A stretch of DNA of 64,000 nt, from positions 1 to 64,000 of the IMG/VR virus record IMGVR_UViG_3300027744_000013. One strand, 5' to 3'. The notes below the pieces were generated by a model. The model was not told where the DNA came from, ran no database searches, and worked only from the letters and a program-made list of their open reading frames with translations. The stretch comes from a virus. Position 1 is the first letter of the stretch. Every line of letters begins with the position of its first letter. Shown here piece after piece: positions 1 through 11,008 of this stretch. Made by a program: the position numbers and the translations under genes.

Positions 1-1
1 A

Positions 2-1867
2 ATTTCCTCAACTGGTGCAACTGCTAGATCGGTAGACGGCACCATCTGGACAGCAAATACTGCATTAGTGAGTGGTGTAACCTGGCGCGACATTACGTTT
101 GGTAACGGATTCTTTGTTGCTGTAGCAACCGGTAGTGCCGATGCGGCATATTCTACAGACGGCGCGGCTTGGAGTACAGGAACAACTGTTAGTGGTGCAG
201 GTGGTTGTCAAGCAGTTGCATACGGCAACAGCAGATACATTGCAATACCAACAGACTCGGGAAGCGTTGCTTCTAGAAGCCAATTTGGGGATTTTTGGAA
301 CTCAATTAGCTTACCTGGAACTGCTGAATGGAAAGATATTGCATACAGCAATATCGGCACTTGGGTAGCGATTGCGGGCAACGGTAGTAACTTAGTAGGT
401 TATTCGTTAAACGATGGAGATACTTGGTCTTCATCAACATTACCAGCTACTGCTAACTGGATTTCAGTAACGTGGGGTAATAGTAGATTTGTAGCCATTG
501 CAACCGGCGGGTCGGCCGCGGCAATATCATTTGATGGAGTTACTTGGATTGCTAGTACGTTACCAGTATCATCAGCCTGGACTAAAATAGCATATGGTCA
601 AGGAGTATTTCTAGTAGTAGCAACATCAACAAGTACTGCAATATCAAGTCAAGACGGGGTAGTATGGACTACTAGAACATTACCGTCAAATTCTTCATGG
701 AATACTCCAGTGTTTGGAAATCCTATAAATCTAGCAACAGGATTACCTACACCTACTTGGATAGTAGTTACAGGAACAGCAACAACTGCGGTATTAAAAC
801 TTGGAGCAAAAGCATTTGCAAGGGCAACTGTAGCCAACCAAAAAATTAGTTTAGTCAAAATACTAGAACCTGGTAGTAGTTATAATGCAACACCAGTAAT
901 AACAGTTGGTGATCCTAATCCAACTAGTGTAGTGCAATTTGTTCCTAGAATTGCAACTGGAGTATTAGGCAATCCAACGTTTGCCAACAGAGGTACTGGT
1001 TATAGAACATCTACTACAGTAGTAACTGTAGCAACTGGCACAGGATTTGCTGATATATATCAGCCCAATAAGTTTTTAACAGTGTCTGGATTAAGTAGTT
1101 TACCAACACCAGGCGCCGCAATTACAATTGCCAGTAATGCAACTCAATATAGAATTGTTCTTATTACAGACCTGGGCACTGGAACTGCTAAGTTTCAAAT
1201 TAGTCCACCGCTAACTATTTCATCAGCACCAGATCACGGTCAATCTATTAGTATTCGTCAACGATACAGCCAGTGTCGTATTACCGGCCACGACTTCTTG
1301 TTAATTGGTACAGGTAATTTTACAGTTACTAACTATCCAAATACTGATATTACCACAGCAACACCATATACACAAATTGCTGAAAATAATGGCGGCCGAG
1401 TATTCCAAACATCAACAGACCAAGATGGTAATTTTAAAGTTGGTAACTTGTTTGCGGTTCAACAGGCATCTGGTATTGTTACAATTAGTGCAGATCAATT
1501 GAGTCTAGAAGGACTACAAACATTGTCACTTGGCGGATTTAGTCTTGGTACAAATGCCGTGGTAGTTACACAATTTAGCACAGACACATATTTTACACAA
1601 AACAGTGATACTATTGTTCCGACACAACGAGCAATTAAAACTTACATTGGTAGGAACATTGCTGGCGGCGGCTCTAATGCGCAAGCAGGAGCAGTTGTAG
1701 CTGGTACATTTGGAGTTGGCGGCCCTAACAGAATTTATTCGTCAACACAGACCCAGCTATTTGTAAGAAATTCTATGAGATTAACCAAGGGTATTAACGG
1801 AACCATGCTGGCAAAATCATTTTTTGCACACGGATTTGCTGTTGGCGGCAGCGATGCAGGAAAGTAA
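2..1867 (+). CDS. Large virion/tail structural protein, C-terminal part (5'-truncated by the window edge)
   Basis: The frame is open from base 2. It has beta-propeller-like W-x2-[IV]-x-[YF]G-x-G-x-FVA...S-x-DG-x-TW repeats. The C-terminal block (TGHDFL..IGTG...GGRVF.TSTDQDGNF.VG.LF.VQQA.G) is paralogous to the end of the next ORF. Confidence 0.8.
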   Translation: MSSTGATARSVDGTIWTANTALVSGVTWRDITFGNGFFVAVATGSADAAYSTDGAAWSTGTTVSGAGGCQAVAYGNSRYIAIPTDSGSVASRSQFGDFWNSISLPGTAEWKDIAYSNIGTWVAIAGNGSNLVGYSLNDGDTWSSSTLPATANWISVTWGNSRFVAIATGGSAAAISFDGVTWIASTLPVSSAWTKIAYGQGVFLVVATSTSTAISSQDGVVWTTRTLPSNSSWNTPVFGNPINLATGLPTPTWIVVTGTATTAVLKLGAKAFARATVANQKISLVKILEPGSSYNATPVITVGDPNPTSVVQFVPRIATGVLGNPTFANRGTGYRTSTTVVTVATGTGFADIYQPNKFLTVSGLSSLPTPGAAITIASNATQYRIVLITDLGTGTAKFQISPPLTISSAPDHGQSISIRQRYSQCRITGHDFLLIGTGNFTVTNYPNTDITTATPYTQIAENNGGRVFQTSTDQDGNFKVGNLFAVQQASGIVTISADQLSLEGLQTLSLGGFSLGTNAVVVTQFSTDTYFTQNSDTIVPTQRAIKTYIGRNIAGGGSNAQAGAVVAGTFGVGGPNRIYSSTQTQLFVRNSMRLTKGINGTMLAKSFFAHGFAVGGSDAGK

Positions 1868-1887
1868 AAAAGCAATAACAACAAATG

Positions 1888-1895
1888 AATAAATA
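1888..1895 (+). promoter_or_regulatory. T4-type late promoter-like element (AATAAATA)
   Basis: TAAATA core upstream of the 3024-aa gene, followed by a GGAG RBS. Confidence 0.5.
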
Positions 1896-1921
1896 CATTA
1901 TAATGAAAATCGGAGTATTGA

Positions 1922-4900
1922 ATGGCTGAATTTAAACTAGGTAGAATCCGCTTTATTTGGAAGAATAATTGGGCTACAGGCGTTACATACGTCAAAGACG
2001 ACATCGTTAGAAACGGTGGAAAAACTTATGTTTGTATACTCGGACATACTGCCGATACTAGTTTTTACACCGATCTAAATAATATTCCAACACGTTGGAA
2101 TCAAGTATCTGACGGTTCGGAATGGAAGGGCGACTGGGCCACTAGTCAATATTATAAAGTCAGTGATCTTGTAAAGTTTGGCGGAAGATTATATCTATGT
2201 AACACTGGCCATACAAGTAATGCATCTGCAACGTCAGGCACTAGTCCTGAGACTACTGCTGGCCTTGAAGCTGACCAAGCAAAATGGGATCTTTATGCAA
2301 CCAGTTTTGACTGGAAAGGCAACTGGTCAACTGCTACTCGATATAAAACTAACGATGTAGTGCGTTATGGCGCAATATCATACGTATGTAATACTGGCCA
2401 CACTTCATCAGCAACTGCCAATTCTGACTCTGACGGCCTAGAACAAGATTTAAGCAAGTGGGATACCTATGCCAAAGGCTTTGACTGGATTGGTAACTGG
2501 GCCACTAGCACACGTTACAAACGAAATGACGTTGTATTATACGGCGGCACAAGTTATGTTTGTAATACTGGACATCAATCAGCATCAACCGCAACCAATG
2601 GCTTAGAACTAGATCAAAGTTTATGGGATTACTTCCATAAAGGTATTGAGTTTAAAGGAACATGGAGCGGAACCACTGTTCGTTATAAAACTAACGATAT
2701 AGTCAAGTACGGTGCTGACCTTTGGATTTGTACTTTAAATCACACTAGTTCAACCACATTCTCAGATGCAACTAACTGGTCGTTGTTTGTAGGCGGCCTA
2801 GAATATGAGAACAGCTGGGATTCAGCTGGCATTTACCAGCCAGGCGATATTGTATCATACGGCGGATACGCTTATGTTGCAACAACAAATAACACTAACA
2901 AAATTCCAACAAGCAATCTTAGTGATTGGGACTTGTTCACCACTGGATTTAACTTTCATGGTGACTGGGTAGGCGCACATGATTATCGTGTAGGCGATGT
3001 ATTACGTTTAAACGGATACACATACGTAGCATTATTAGATCACACATCAGATGTACTAACAAATATCCCCCCAAATCTTACTTATTGGTCAAGATTAAAC
3101 AGTGGTGTTAAGTGGGCCGCAACATCTCAAGTATTTACTGGTATTGCAGGCATTAATATTTCAAGTGCAGGTACCGGTGCAACTTTTGACATTACTAATA
3201 GTAACACAACTTACACAGTTGCTCCAAACTTAGCAGGTACTGGTTATGTAACCGGTGAAACTATTAAGATTTTAGGATCAGATGTTGGCGGCATCAGCCC
3301 AGCAAACGATATTGTACTTACAATCGTTGCAAGCGGCGGACTCATTTCTAGTGTTAGTTCGTCAGTTGGTTATTCAGTATCATGGAAGTCAGGTATTAGC
3401 TATGTGCTAGGTGATGCAGTTGCATTTGGTGTTAATTCATACATTTGTATTTTAGCACATACCGGTAGTGGCGGCAACAGACCAGACGTTGATGTTACTG
3501 GTACTTACTGGAATTTATTAGCCGCAGGTGCATTCCAATCTGCACTTAGTGAGCAAGGCGATATTATATACATGGGCGGCGCTGGCCCAACACGATTACC
3601 AATTGGTACAGACGGACAAGTATTACGTGTTAACGGCACTACACCTTCATGGTCATATTTTGGTGTTATTAATAATCTTGTATATGTTGCACTAAATGGA
3701 GTTGACACAAATGGCGCAGGTCAGGGTCTTACTATAGATAAGCCTTGGAGAACAGTGCGCTATGCCGCAAAACAAATTGAAGACGGTTACTTAAATTCAA
3801 ACGCAACTGAACTAATTAAGAAAAACAAACAATTTTTAATTAAAGAAGTACAAAATTACGTACAATACACATTTACTGTTACAGTATCGGCGTCAAACGC
3901 AACAGTATTCACATGTAACTCAACTGCCAATCTATACGTTGGAATGCCAATTGTCTTTACTGGAACAGTTGGCGGTGTAACAGCAGGTGTAACATATTAT
4001 GTGTTTGACATCCCAGCTGGCGGAACTACATTTGGTATCAAAACAAATTATGCAGATGTAACTCGTAGAACACTAGTCACAGCAACTGGCGCAATGTCCG
4101 GCACTTATTCATATAACGCAAGCAAAACAGAGAGAGATGCAGGCATTGTTGTAGATGCAGTGGCATTTGATATTGGACATAGTGGCACATTTAAAACAAC
4201 CGCCGCAACACTTGCATATTTTACCAGCGCAGGAAATGCATTTATTTCAGGTGTGAACGCATACAATATTATTGCGTTTGTCAGTGCATTAAATTATCTT
4301 AAGACATTGATGTTAAAAGTGATTGCAAATACTGCTCCAGTTAATAACTATCAAACACTAAACGGTGTACTACTAGCAAATCAAGGTCGTCAATTTATTG
4401 ATCCATTGTTAATTGCTGAGTCATCTACCAACATCTTAGTAACTAATTTAGTAGGTATCGTAACTACTGGACTAACCGCAGGAACAGCAAGTGCAATACC
4501 AGCAGTTATTAATCCAGGTACTACTATTTCACTTAAAACTGGTACTTACTCAGAAGTGCTACCAATTGTTGTTCCACAGAACACTGCGGTTGTTGGCGAT
4601 GAATTACGATCAAGTGTAATTCAACCAGCTACACTTAATGATACATTAGTTAATGATAAACCAAAAACTATTGCAGTACTAGAAAGAATTAGATCAATCA
4701 TTCCCAACCTAGTAACAAACACAGCAGTAACTCCTACCGCAGGAAATACCACTGTACAAACATACTTGGGATTTGCCGGCACAACTGCAACAAGTTCTGT
4801 ATCATCAAACACCGCAGTTATTTCCGGAATTATCACAAACGGATTAGGATCAACACCATCATTTACTCTACCAACCCCAACGGGTGGTACAGGTAATGCG

Positions 4901-7900
4901 TTTACCGCAGGTTACTTGGATGCCGCACGTTTGATCTATGCTAACCGAGCTTTCCTACAAGATGAAATTTCATCATGGATACTGGCACAGATCGCAGGCC
5001 CTACTGCACCATTTGTAGGATTTACTTACGGTACTGCTGAACAAGCTAATTGCGAACGCGACGTTGGCTATATTGTCGACGCTGTTCGATATGATTTAAC
5101 CTACGGTGGAAACTTAGAAACTAGCGTGGCAGCACGTTCATATTATTCCTTTGGATCATATGTTGGAGATGCTCCTTCAAAGCTTCGTGCTTTAGCAGTA
5201 CAAGCCCGTATCAAAGATATTATTGACAATATTGCAACGGGAAATACAGCTGGTTGGACCAAAACAACAGCACTAACGCAAGATGTTAGCGGAACTCCAG
5301 GATCTGCACCGGCCGCCGCAACTGCACAATTACGTATTCAAGATATTTACGATACAATTAACACCGGTGTTACCCCAATTACAATTACTCCAGATACATC
5401 GTGGGTAAGCCTTGGATTACGTAACGCTAGTGATGCAATTCAAGCACGTAAATCAGCAATTCAAGCAAGTACGCTATCATGGATTGGTACTACTTATCCA
5501 TCATTGGTGTATAACACAGCAACTTGTTCACGTGACATTGGTTACATTGTTGATGCACTAAGTTTTGATTTGATGTTTGGAAGTAATTTCCGATCAGCTA
5601 AATCAGGAATGGCATATTATCAAGCAGTTGCAAGTGCGCAATATGTAATTGCAAACCAAAAAGCACAATCAGCAGCCGCAGTAAATTACACTGGTTCACT
5701 GATTCAACAAATCACAACTGGTATTACTGGCGATGTAGGCAGTCCTGCATCAGTTAGTTCAGTGGTAACAAACACTGCAATTATTAATAGTATTTTAACA
5801 AACACATTAACCGCAGTTCCAGCATTTGTATTCACTAACCCAACAGGTTATAACACTAGCTTCTTAGCAGGCTACGGTGACGGTAAAGCACAGATTGTAC
5901 AAAATTATGCGTTTATTAAAGATGAAGTTTCTAGTTATTTAAATACAAACTTTAACGCAGTGTGGACAGCACTTGGTGTAGGCGGACAAGCATCTTGCCA
6001 ACAAGACGTTGGATATTTGTTAGACGCAATTCAATATGACATGACATACGGCGGCAATACCCAGTCAGTAATTGCTGGTAGTGCTTACTATTCTAATTCA
6101 GTATTAACTGTGGGCCAAAATGAAAAAGCCGCAACAATTGCTGCCTACACTTGGTTAAAAGGATTTATTGACAATATTGTCATTGCAAATACCGCAGGCT
6201 GGACTAAAAACTCAGCACTAAGTCAAGTAACAACAGGAACAGCTGGATCAGCAGGTGCCGCAACATTTGCACAAGCTCGTGTACAAGATGTAATTGATTG
6301 GATTACCAACGGTGTTTCTCCAGCCGCAATTGCACCAACAGCGGCAATTGCACTAGCAAGTACAGAACTACAAAATAGCTACAATGCATTGCAAGCAGCC
6401 AAGACAGAAATTCAAGGCGATGTGGTTGCTTGGGTTAACAAGTTCTATCAATCAATGAACTTTAATTCTGCAACATGTTATCGCGATGCAGGATATATTG
6501 TTGATGCGTTAAGTTATGATTTAGTATTTGGTACAAACTTTAACTCTGTTAAAGCAGGTATGGCATATTATCGTGCAACAACAAGTGCGCTATATGTACT
6601 CGCTAATCAACTAAATGCCGAAATTGGGGCCGTTAACTTCCTTGGACAAAAAGCAAAACGTATTGTTGCCTACGGCGCCGCAACACAAATTGTTACTATA
6701 TTTGACGACATGATTTTAGCAATAGCGGGCACTGTTTCAACAACTGCTTCTGCAATGTCCGCAGGTGGTGACTTAACTGTTGGTAGCACTGCCGGAATGC
6801 TAGTTGGCATGCCAATTAGAGCAAACGGTTCGCTTGGTGGTATGGGTGTTAACCAAACATATTGGATTGTTTCAATCACAGCACCAACTACAGTTACTAT
6901 TACAGCAACATACGGAAGCGCAACAATCGTTACTGGTGCAGGCACTAACTCTGTTACTATCACAGCTGGTCACGTATCCAACAACGGTATTGAGACATCT
7001 GGTACAAACGTTTACAACAATCAAATTGGTGCTGTTAACGGTGCTGAAATTCTTCGCGCAAACAAAGCATTCCTTGGAAGCGAAGCAACTGCATTTGTAT
7101 CAGCAACATACGGCGGAACTGTAGTAACTACTACTGCGGCAAACAATCAATTAGCTACAAGTCTAGCACACAATTTAACAGCTGGCGATCCAGTTGTGTT
7201 CTCAGGAACAACAATTGGCGGATTAATTGCTGGTACAATTTACTATGTATTGTCAGTACCAAGCACAACAACATTTACACTAACAAACGCACAATACTCA
7301 TCGGTGGTGTTTAACATCGATGATGGTGCAGGTTCGATGACAGTTGGTTACAGTTTTAGTCCAGCATTATGCAAGAGAGACATGGACACGTATATTGATG
7401 CAATTGTATATGATGTAAATTACACTGGAAACTATAAAGCATTACGAGCTATTGAGTTATACAAAAATGCTATAAGCGGATCGGTGTTATCTAACATGTT
7501 CTTACTACGCAACGGCACAGGATTGCGTAACATGACCTTAGTTGGATTAACCGGCGTACTATCTGCCGCAAATCAATACGGCACTTCACGCCCAACTGCT
7601 GGAGCATACAGCTCACTAGATCCAGGATACGGCCCAACCGATACTAACGTATGGATTACACCTCGTTCACCATACACACAAAACTTAACATTGTTTGGTA
7701 CAGCATGTATTGGTATGAAGATCGATGGTGCATTACACGCAGGTGGTAACCGTTCTATTGTAGCTAACGATTATACAACAATTATCAGTGATGGTATTGG
7801 AGTATGGTGTACAGGATCAAATGCGCTGACAGAACTTGTTTCTGTATTTGCATACTATTCATACGCTGGATACTTGGCAGAGCTAGGTGGCAAAATGCGA

Positions 7901-10900
7901 GCAACTAACGGTAACAACTCATATGGTACATATGGTTCGTTAGCTGAAGGTGTTGATACTTACGAAGTGCCTATTACTGCTACAGTTAATAACCGCTTCG
8001 ACCATGCACAAATTGGCGTAGTACTAACAGATAGTACTAATGAAATTTATCGTTTCGAGTATACCAATGCTGGTACACACTACAATACTGCAACTTATTC
8101 ATTAGGCGGCACTGGCTACAATGCGGCAGTAGTGGCAAACGAATTCCGTGACGCAGGTATTTTTGAAGCTAGAATTTTATCAAACGGCGCTAACTACGCT
8201 AACACAACCAACGTTGCACAGGGCGGCTCGACAACCAGCATCACACTAGCGGCCACTGACGCGGCAATTAGTGCGGCATACGTTGGTATGCGTGTTATTG
8301 TAACAGGCGGATCTGGTGTGGGACAAACTGGATACTTTACAACATACAATTCAGGTACAAAGTCTGGTATTATTGCTAGAGAAAGTTTTGATTACAAAAC
8401 AGTAACCAGCGCAGGGTCAAGTTTAATAACAGTTGCGTCAACTGAGCAGATGACTGCAAACATGCCTGTGATATTTACAGGTACAATATTAACTGGAATG
8501 GGTACTTTAACACTTAATACCATTTATTATGTAATTGAGACAACTATTACTGCAACACAATTTAGCGTTGCAAGTAGCTCCGGCGGCACAACGCCGGTAG
8601 CAGTTGGTAGTTCTACCAGCGGTGGCGGTCCATTGTACATGCATGCCGTAGGTTGGGATCATATTATTCCAGGAACTGCTATTGCTACTAACTTAGACTT
8701 GACTAGCGCATATAGTGTTGAACCAAGAGTAGTGGTTGATAGTCCAGCACTATCAGCAACTGCAACCACAATTACAAGTGTTACAGCACCTGTGATCACA
8801 TACGGTGACGTAAACTCTGCATATAACGGCTCGGGATCAGCTGGTGTTGCCTCAACAGGCGGTACTGGAACACTAGCAACATTTACAGTTACTAGAACTG
8901 GAACTGCGTATAACGTTGCCACTAACTTTCCAGGCACGGGTTATAAACTTAATGATACATTAACTATTTTAGGAACAGACCTAGGCGGCACTGTTACTAA
9001 TAATGTCACTGTGGTTGTTAATAATGTTAGCGTAGCAGGTGCTATTCAAAACTTTACATTCTCAGGCCAAGGGGCAGGCGGGTACTATGTAATTACCTCG
9101 GCAGCAAGTTCTGCTACACAGATTAGTACAGACGGTATTACGTGGGTAGCAGGCGGCGCTATGCCAGCAGTTGGCACGTGGACCGCAGTTGCTTACGGTG
9201 CAGGCCGTTGGGTAGCTGCCGCAAGCGGCACAACAAGTTCAGGGTATTCACTTGATCCAACATCAGCATGGTCTGGCGGTGGCGCAATGCCAAGCGGGTC
9301 AAACTGGATTGCAATGACTTACGGTAGTAACCAGTTTATGGCCATTGCTACAGGCAGCGCAAATGCCGCATATTCAACCAACGGAACTGCATGGTTTGCA
9401 ACTAGCGCATTACCTGCAAACACTACCTGGACTGATATTGCCTACGGTAACGGTACGTTTGTAGCAATCGCCAGTGGCGGAACACAAGCCGCAACCAGTA
9501 CAGATGGTATTTCGTGGGTTACAAGAACATTACCAGCAAGTGATCAATGGTCAAGTGTAGCGTTTGGTAACAACAGATTTGTAGCAGTTGCAGGCGGAAT
9601 AGGTCAGGGCAATATTGCCTACTCTAAAGATGGTATTACATGGATATTGTCTGCACAACCGTTACAGTGGCCATACGGTGGATCACAAACACTACCGGCA
9701 TCCAAAGTTAGATACGGTCATGGTGTATTCGTTGCAACCGGTTTGGTCGGCATATCACCCATTCAAACAAGAATTAAGTACTCATATGACGGTGTTGTGT
9801 GGAGATCATATGCAACAACAGCAACCGGCAACTACAGTGCAGTAGCATTTGGTAATGCAAACAGTGTTGGTCGTTGGGTATTTGCCCAAGACGGATCAAC
9901 TGTTGCAAATTATATGAATATCGGTGCAAGAGCACAAGGCCGCGCAAAAATTTCTAATAATCTAGTTAGTGAAATTAGAATTGTTGAACCGGGCAGTGGA
10001 TACACATCAACTCCAACGATTATTTTAGTGGATCCTAACCAAACAGCAAGCGGTACATGGCAAGTTAGAACTGGCAACGGTGTACTGGCTAATCCATCGT
10101 TTAACAACAGGGGATTACAGTATGCTACAGCATTGGCAACTGTAACCGGTAACGGTTATGCAGATTCTTTCCAAACAGGTTATTACTTAAATGTTAATTC
10201 ATTGAATAGTAATCCAACACCGGGATCTAATATTGTACTTAATAACAACAGCAACTACTACAAGTTAGTTTCAGCTAATGCGTATGTGGGTACTGATAGA
10301 AATAGTTTCCAAGGCTGGATTGCCGCAGGCGGAAGTGCTCCTTATACAGCTAGATTCCAAATGAGTCCTGCGCTAACAGCAAGCAATACTCCGGTACATG
10401 GCGAAATAGTAACAATGCGTATCAAGTATTCACAAGTTCGATTAACTGGACATGACTTCTTAAGTATTGGTACAGGTGGTACAACTACCACAAATTACCC
10501 AAATACTCCAACACAGTCACCGGATCCTAACAAAGAAACTGTTGGTAACGGCGGTGGCCGCGTATTCTACACATCAACTGACCAAGACGGTAACTTCCGT
10601 GTTGGTACATTGTTTAGCGTTCAGCAAGCAACCGGTGTTGCTAGTATTAATGCTGATGCGTTTAACTTAGCAGGTTTGAACTCGTTAACACTGGGTTCTG
10701 TTGCATTAGGTGGTTCTGGTGCAACAATTACATCGTTCTCGACAGATCAGTATTTTACGGCCAACAGCGATAATGTAGTTCCAACACAAAAAGCTATTAA
10801 ATCATACATTAGTAGCCAAATTGGTGGCGGATCTAGCGCATTGAACGTAAATACACTAACAGCTGGTGTTATATACATTGCTGGTAATAGTATTAGTACT

Positions 10901-10996
10901 ACTACTGGTGTTCAAATTAACGTGACAGCAACGATGAATTTCACTGGCGGGATCAACGGGTTGCCAGTAGCAATGGATTTCTTACTTTTAGGATAA
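1922..10996 (+). CDS. Giant virion structural / tail-fibre protein (3024 aa), multi-domain
   Basis: Starts MAEFKLGRIRF. N-terminal W-x-G-x-W...Y-x2-ND-x-V-x-YGG-x2-Y-x-C repeats (CBM5/12-like), helical C-x-RD-x-GY repeats, a probable beta-helix segment, propeller repeats, and a C-terminus shared with the upstream ORF. Confidence 0.85.
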   Translation: MAEFKLGRIRFIWKNNWATGVTYVKDDIVRNGGKTYVCILGHTADTSFYTDLNNIPTRWNQVSDGSEWKGDWATSQYYKVSDLVKFGGRLYLCNTGHTSNASATSGTSPETTAGLEADQAKWDLYATSFDWKGNWSTATRYKTNDVVRYGAISYVCNTGHTSSATANSDSDGLEQDLSKWDTYAKGFDWIGNWATSTRYKRNDVVLYGGTSYVCNTGHQSASTATNGLELDQSLWDYFHKGIEFKGTWSGTTVRYKTNDIVKYGADLWICTLNHTSSTTFSDATNWSLFVGGLEYENSWDSAGIYQPGDIVSYGGYAYVATTNNTNKIPTSNLSDWDLFTTGFNFHGDWVGAHDYRVGDVLRLNGYTYVALLDHTSDVLTNIPPNLTYWSRLNSGVKWAATSQVFTGIAGINISSAGTGATFDITNSNTTYTVAPNLAGTGYVTGETIKILGSDVGGISPANDIVLTIVASGGLISSVSSSVGYSVSWKSGISYVLGDAVAFGVNSYICILAHTGSGGNRPDVDVTGTYWNLLAAGAFQSALSEQGDIIYMGGAGPTRLPIGTDGQVLRVNGTTPSWSYFGVINNLVYVALNGVDTNGAGQGLTIDKPWRTVRYAAKQIEDGYLNSNATELIKKNKQFLIKEVQNYVQYTFTVTVSASNATVFTCNSTANLYVGMPIVFTGTVGGVTAGVTYYVFDIPAGGTTFGIKTNYADVTRRTLVTATGAMSGTYSYNASKTERDAGIVVDAVAFDIGHSGTFKTTAATLAYFTSAGNAFISGVNAYNIIAFVSALNYLKTLMLKVIANTAPVNNYQTLNGVLLANQGRQFIDPLLIAESSTNILVTNLVGIVTTGLTAGTASAIPAVINPGTTISLKTGTYSEVLPIVVPQNTAVVGDELRSSVIQPATLNDTLVNDKPKTIAVLERIRSIIPNLVTNTAVTPTAGNTTVQTYLGFAGTTATSSVSSNTAVISGIITNGLGSTPSFTLPTPTGGTGNAFTAGYLDAARLIYANRAFLQDEISSWILAQIAGPTAPFVGFTYGTAEQANCERDVGYIVDAVRYDLTYGGNLETSVAARSYYSFGSYVGDAPSKLRALAVQARIKDIIDNIATGNTAGWTKTTALTQDVSGTPGSAPAAATAQLRIQDIYDTINTGVTPITITPDTSWVSLGLRNASDAIQARKSAIQASTLSWIGTTYPSLVYNTATCSRDIGYIVDALSFDLMFGSNFRSAKSGMAYYQAVASAQYVIANQKAQSAAAVNYTGSLIQQITTGITGDVGSPASVSSVVTNTAIINSILTNTLTAVPAFVFTNPTGYNTSFLAGYGDGKAQIVQNYAFIKDEVSSYLNTNFNAVWTALGVGGQASCQQDVGYLLDAIQYDMTYGGNTQSVIAGSAYYSNSVLTVGQNEKAATIAAYTWLKGFIDNIVIANTAGWTKNSALSQVTTGTAGSAGAATFAQARVQDVIDWITNGVSPAAIAPTAAIALASTELQNSYNALQAAKTEIQGDVVAWVNKFYQSMNFNSATCYRDAGYIVDALSYDLVFGTNFNSVKAGMAYYRATTSALYVLANQLNAEIGAVNFLGQKAKRIVAYGAATQIVTIFDDMILAIAGTVSTTASAMSAGGDLTVGSTAGMLVGMPIRANGSLGGMGVNQTYWIVSITAPTTVTITATYGSATIVTGAGTNSVTITAGHVSNNGIETSGTNVYNNQIGAVNGAEILRANKAFLGSEATAFVSATYGGTVVTTTAANNQLATSLAHNLTAGDPVVFSGTTIGGLIAGTIYYVLSVPSTTTFTLTNAQYSSVVFNIDDGAGSMTVGYSFSPALCKRDMDTYIDAIVYDVNYTGNYKALRAIELYKNAISGSVLSNMFLLRNGTGLRNMTLVGLTGVLSAANQYGTSRPTAGAYSSLDPGYGPTDTNVWITPRSPYTQNLTLFGTACIGMKIDGALHAGGNRSIVANDYTTIISDGIGVWCTGSNALTELVSVFAYYSYAGYLAELGGKMRATNGNNSYGTYGSLAEGVDTYEVPITATVNNRFDHAQIGVVLTDSTNEIYRFEYTNAGTHYNTATYSLGGTGYNAAVVANEFRDAGIFEARILSNGANYANTTNVAQGGSTTSITLAATDAAISAAYVGMRVIVTGGSGVGQTGYFTTYNSGTKSGIIARESFDYKTVTSAGSSLITVASTEQMTANMPVIFTGTILTGMGTLTLNTIYYVIETTITATQFSVASSSGGTTPVAVGSSTSGGGPLYMHAVGWDHIIPGTAIATNLDLTSAYSVEPRVVVDSPALSATATTITSVTAPVITYGDVNSAYNGSGSAGVASTGGTGTLATFTVTRTGTAYNVATNFPGTGYKLNDTLTILGTDLGGTVTNNVTVVVNNVSVAGAIQNFTFSGQGAGGYYVITSAASSATQISTDGITWVAGGAMPAVGTWTAVAYGAGRWVAAASGTTSSGYSLDPTSAWSGGGAMPSGSNWIAMTYGSNQFMAIATGSANAAYSTNGTAWFATSALPANTTWTDIAYGNGTFVAIASGGTQAATSTDGISWVTRTLPASDQWSSVAFGNNRFVAVAGGIGQGNIAYSKDGITWILSAQPLQWPYGGSQTLPASKVRYGHGVFVATGLVGISPIQTRIKYSYDGVVWRSYATTATGNYSAVAFGNANSVGRWVFAQDGSTVANYMNIGARAQGRAKISNNLVSEIRIVEPGSGYTSTPTIILVDPNQTASGTWQVRTGNGVLANPSFNNRGLQYATALATVTGNGYADSFQTGYYLNVNSLNSNPTPGSNIVLNNNSNYYKLVSANAYVGTDRNSFQGWIAAGGSAPYTARFQMSPALTASNTPVHGEIVTMRIKYSQVRLTGHDFLSIGTGGTTTTNYPNTPTQSPDPNKETVGNGGGRVFYTSTDQDGNFRVGTLFSVQQATGVASINADAFNLAGLNSLTLGSVALGGSGATITSFSTDQYFTANSDNVVPTQKAIKSYISSQIGGGSSALNVNTLTAGVIYIAGNSISTTTGVQINVTATMNFTGGINGLPVAMDFLLLG

Positions 10997-11008
10997 CGGA
11001 GAAAATAT

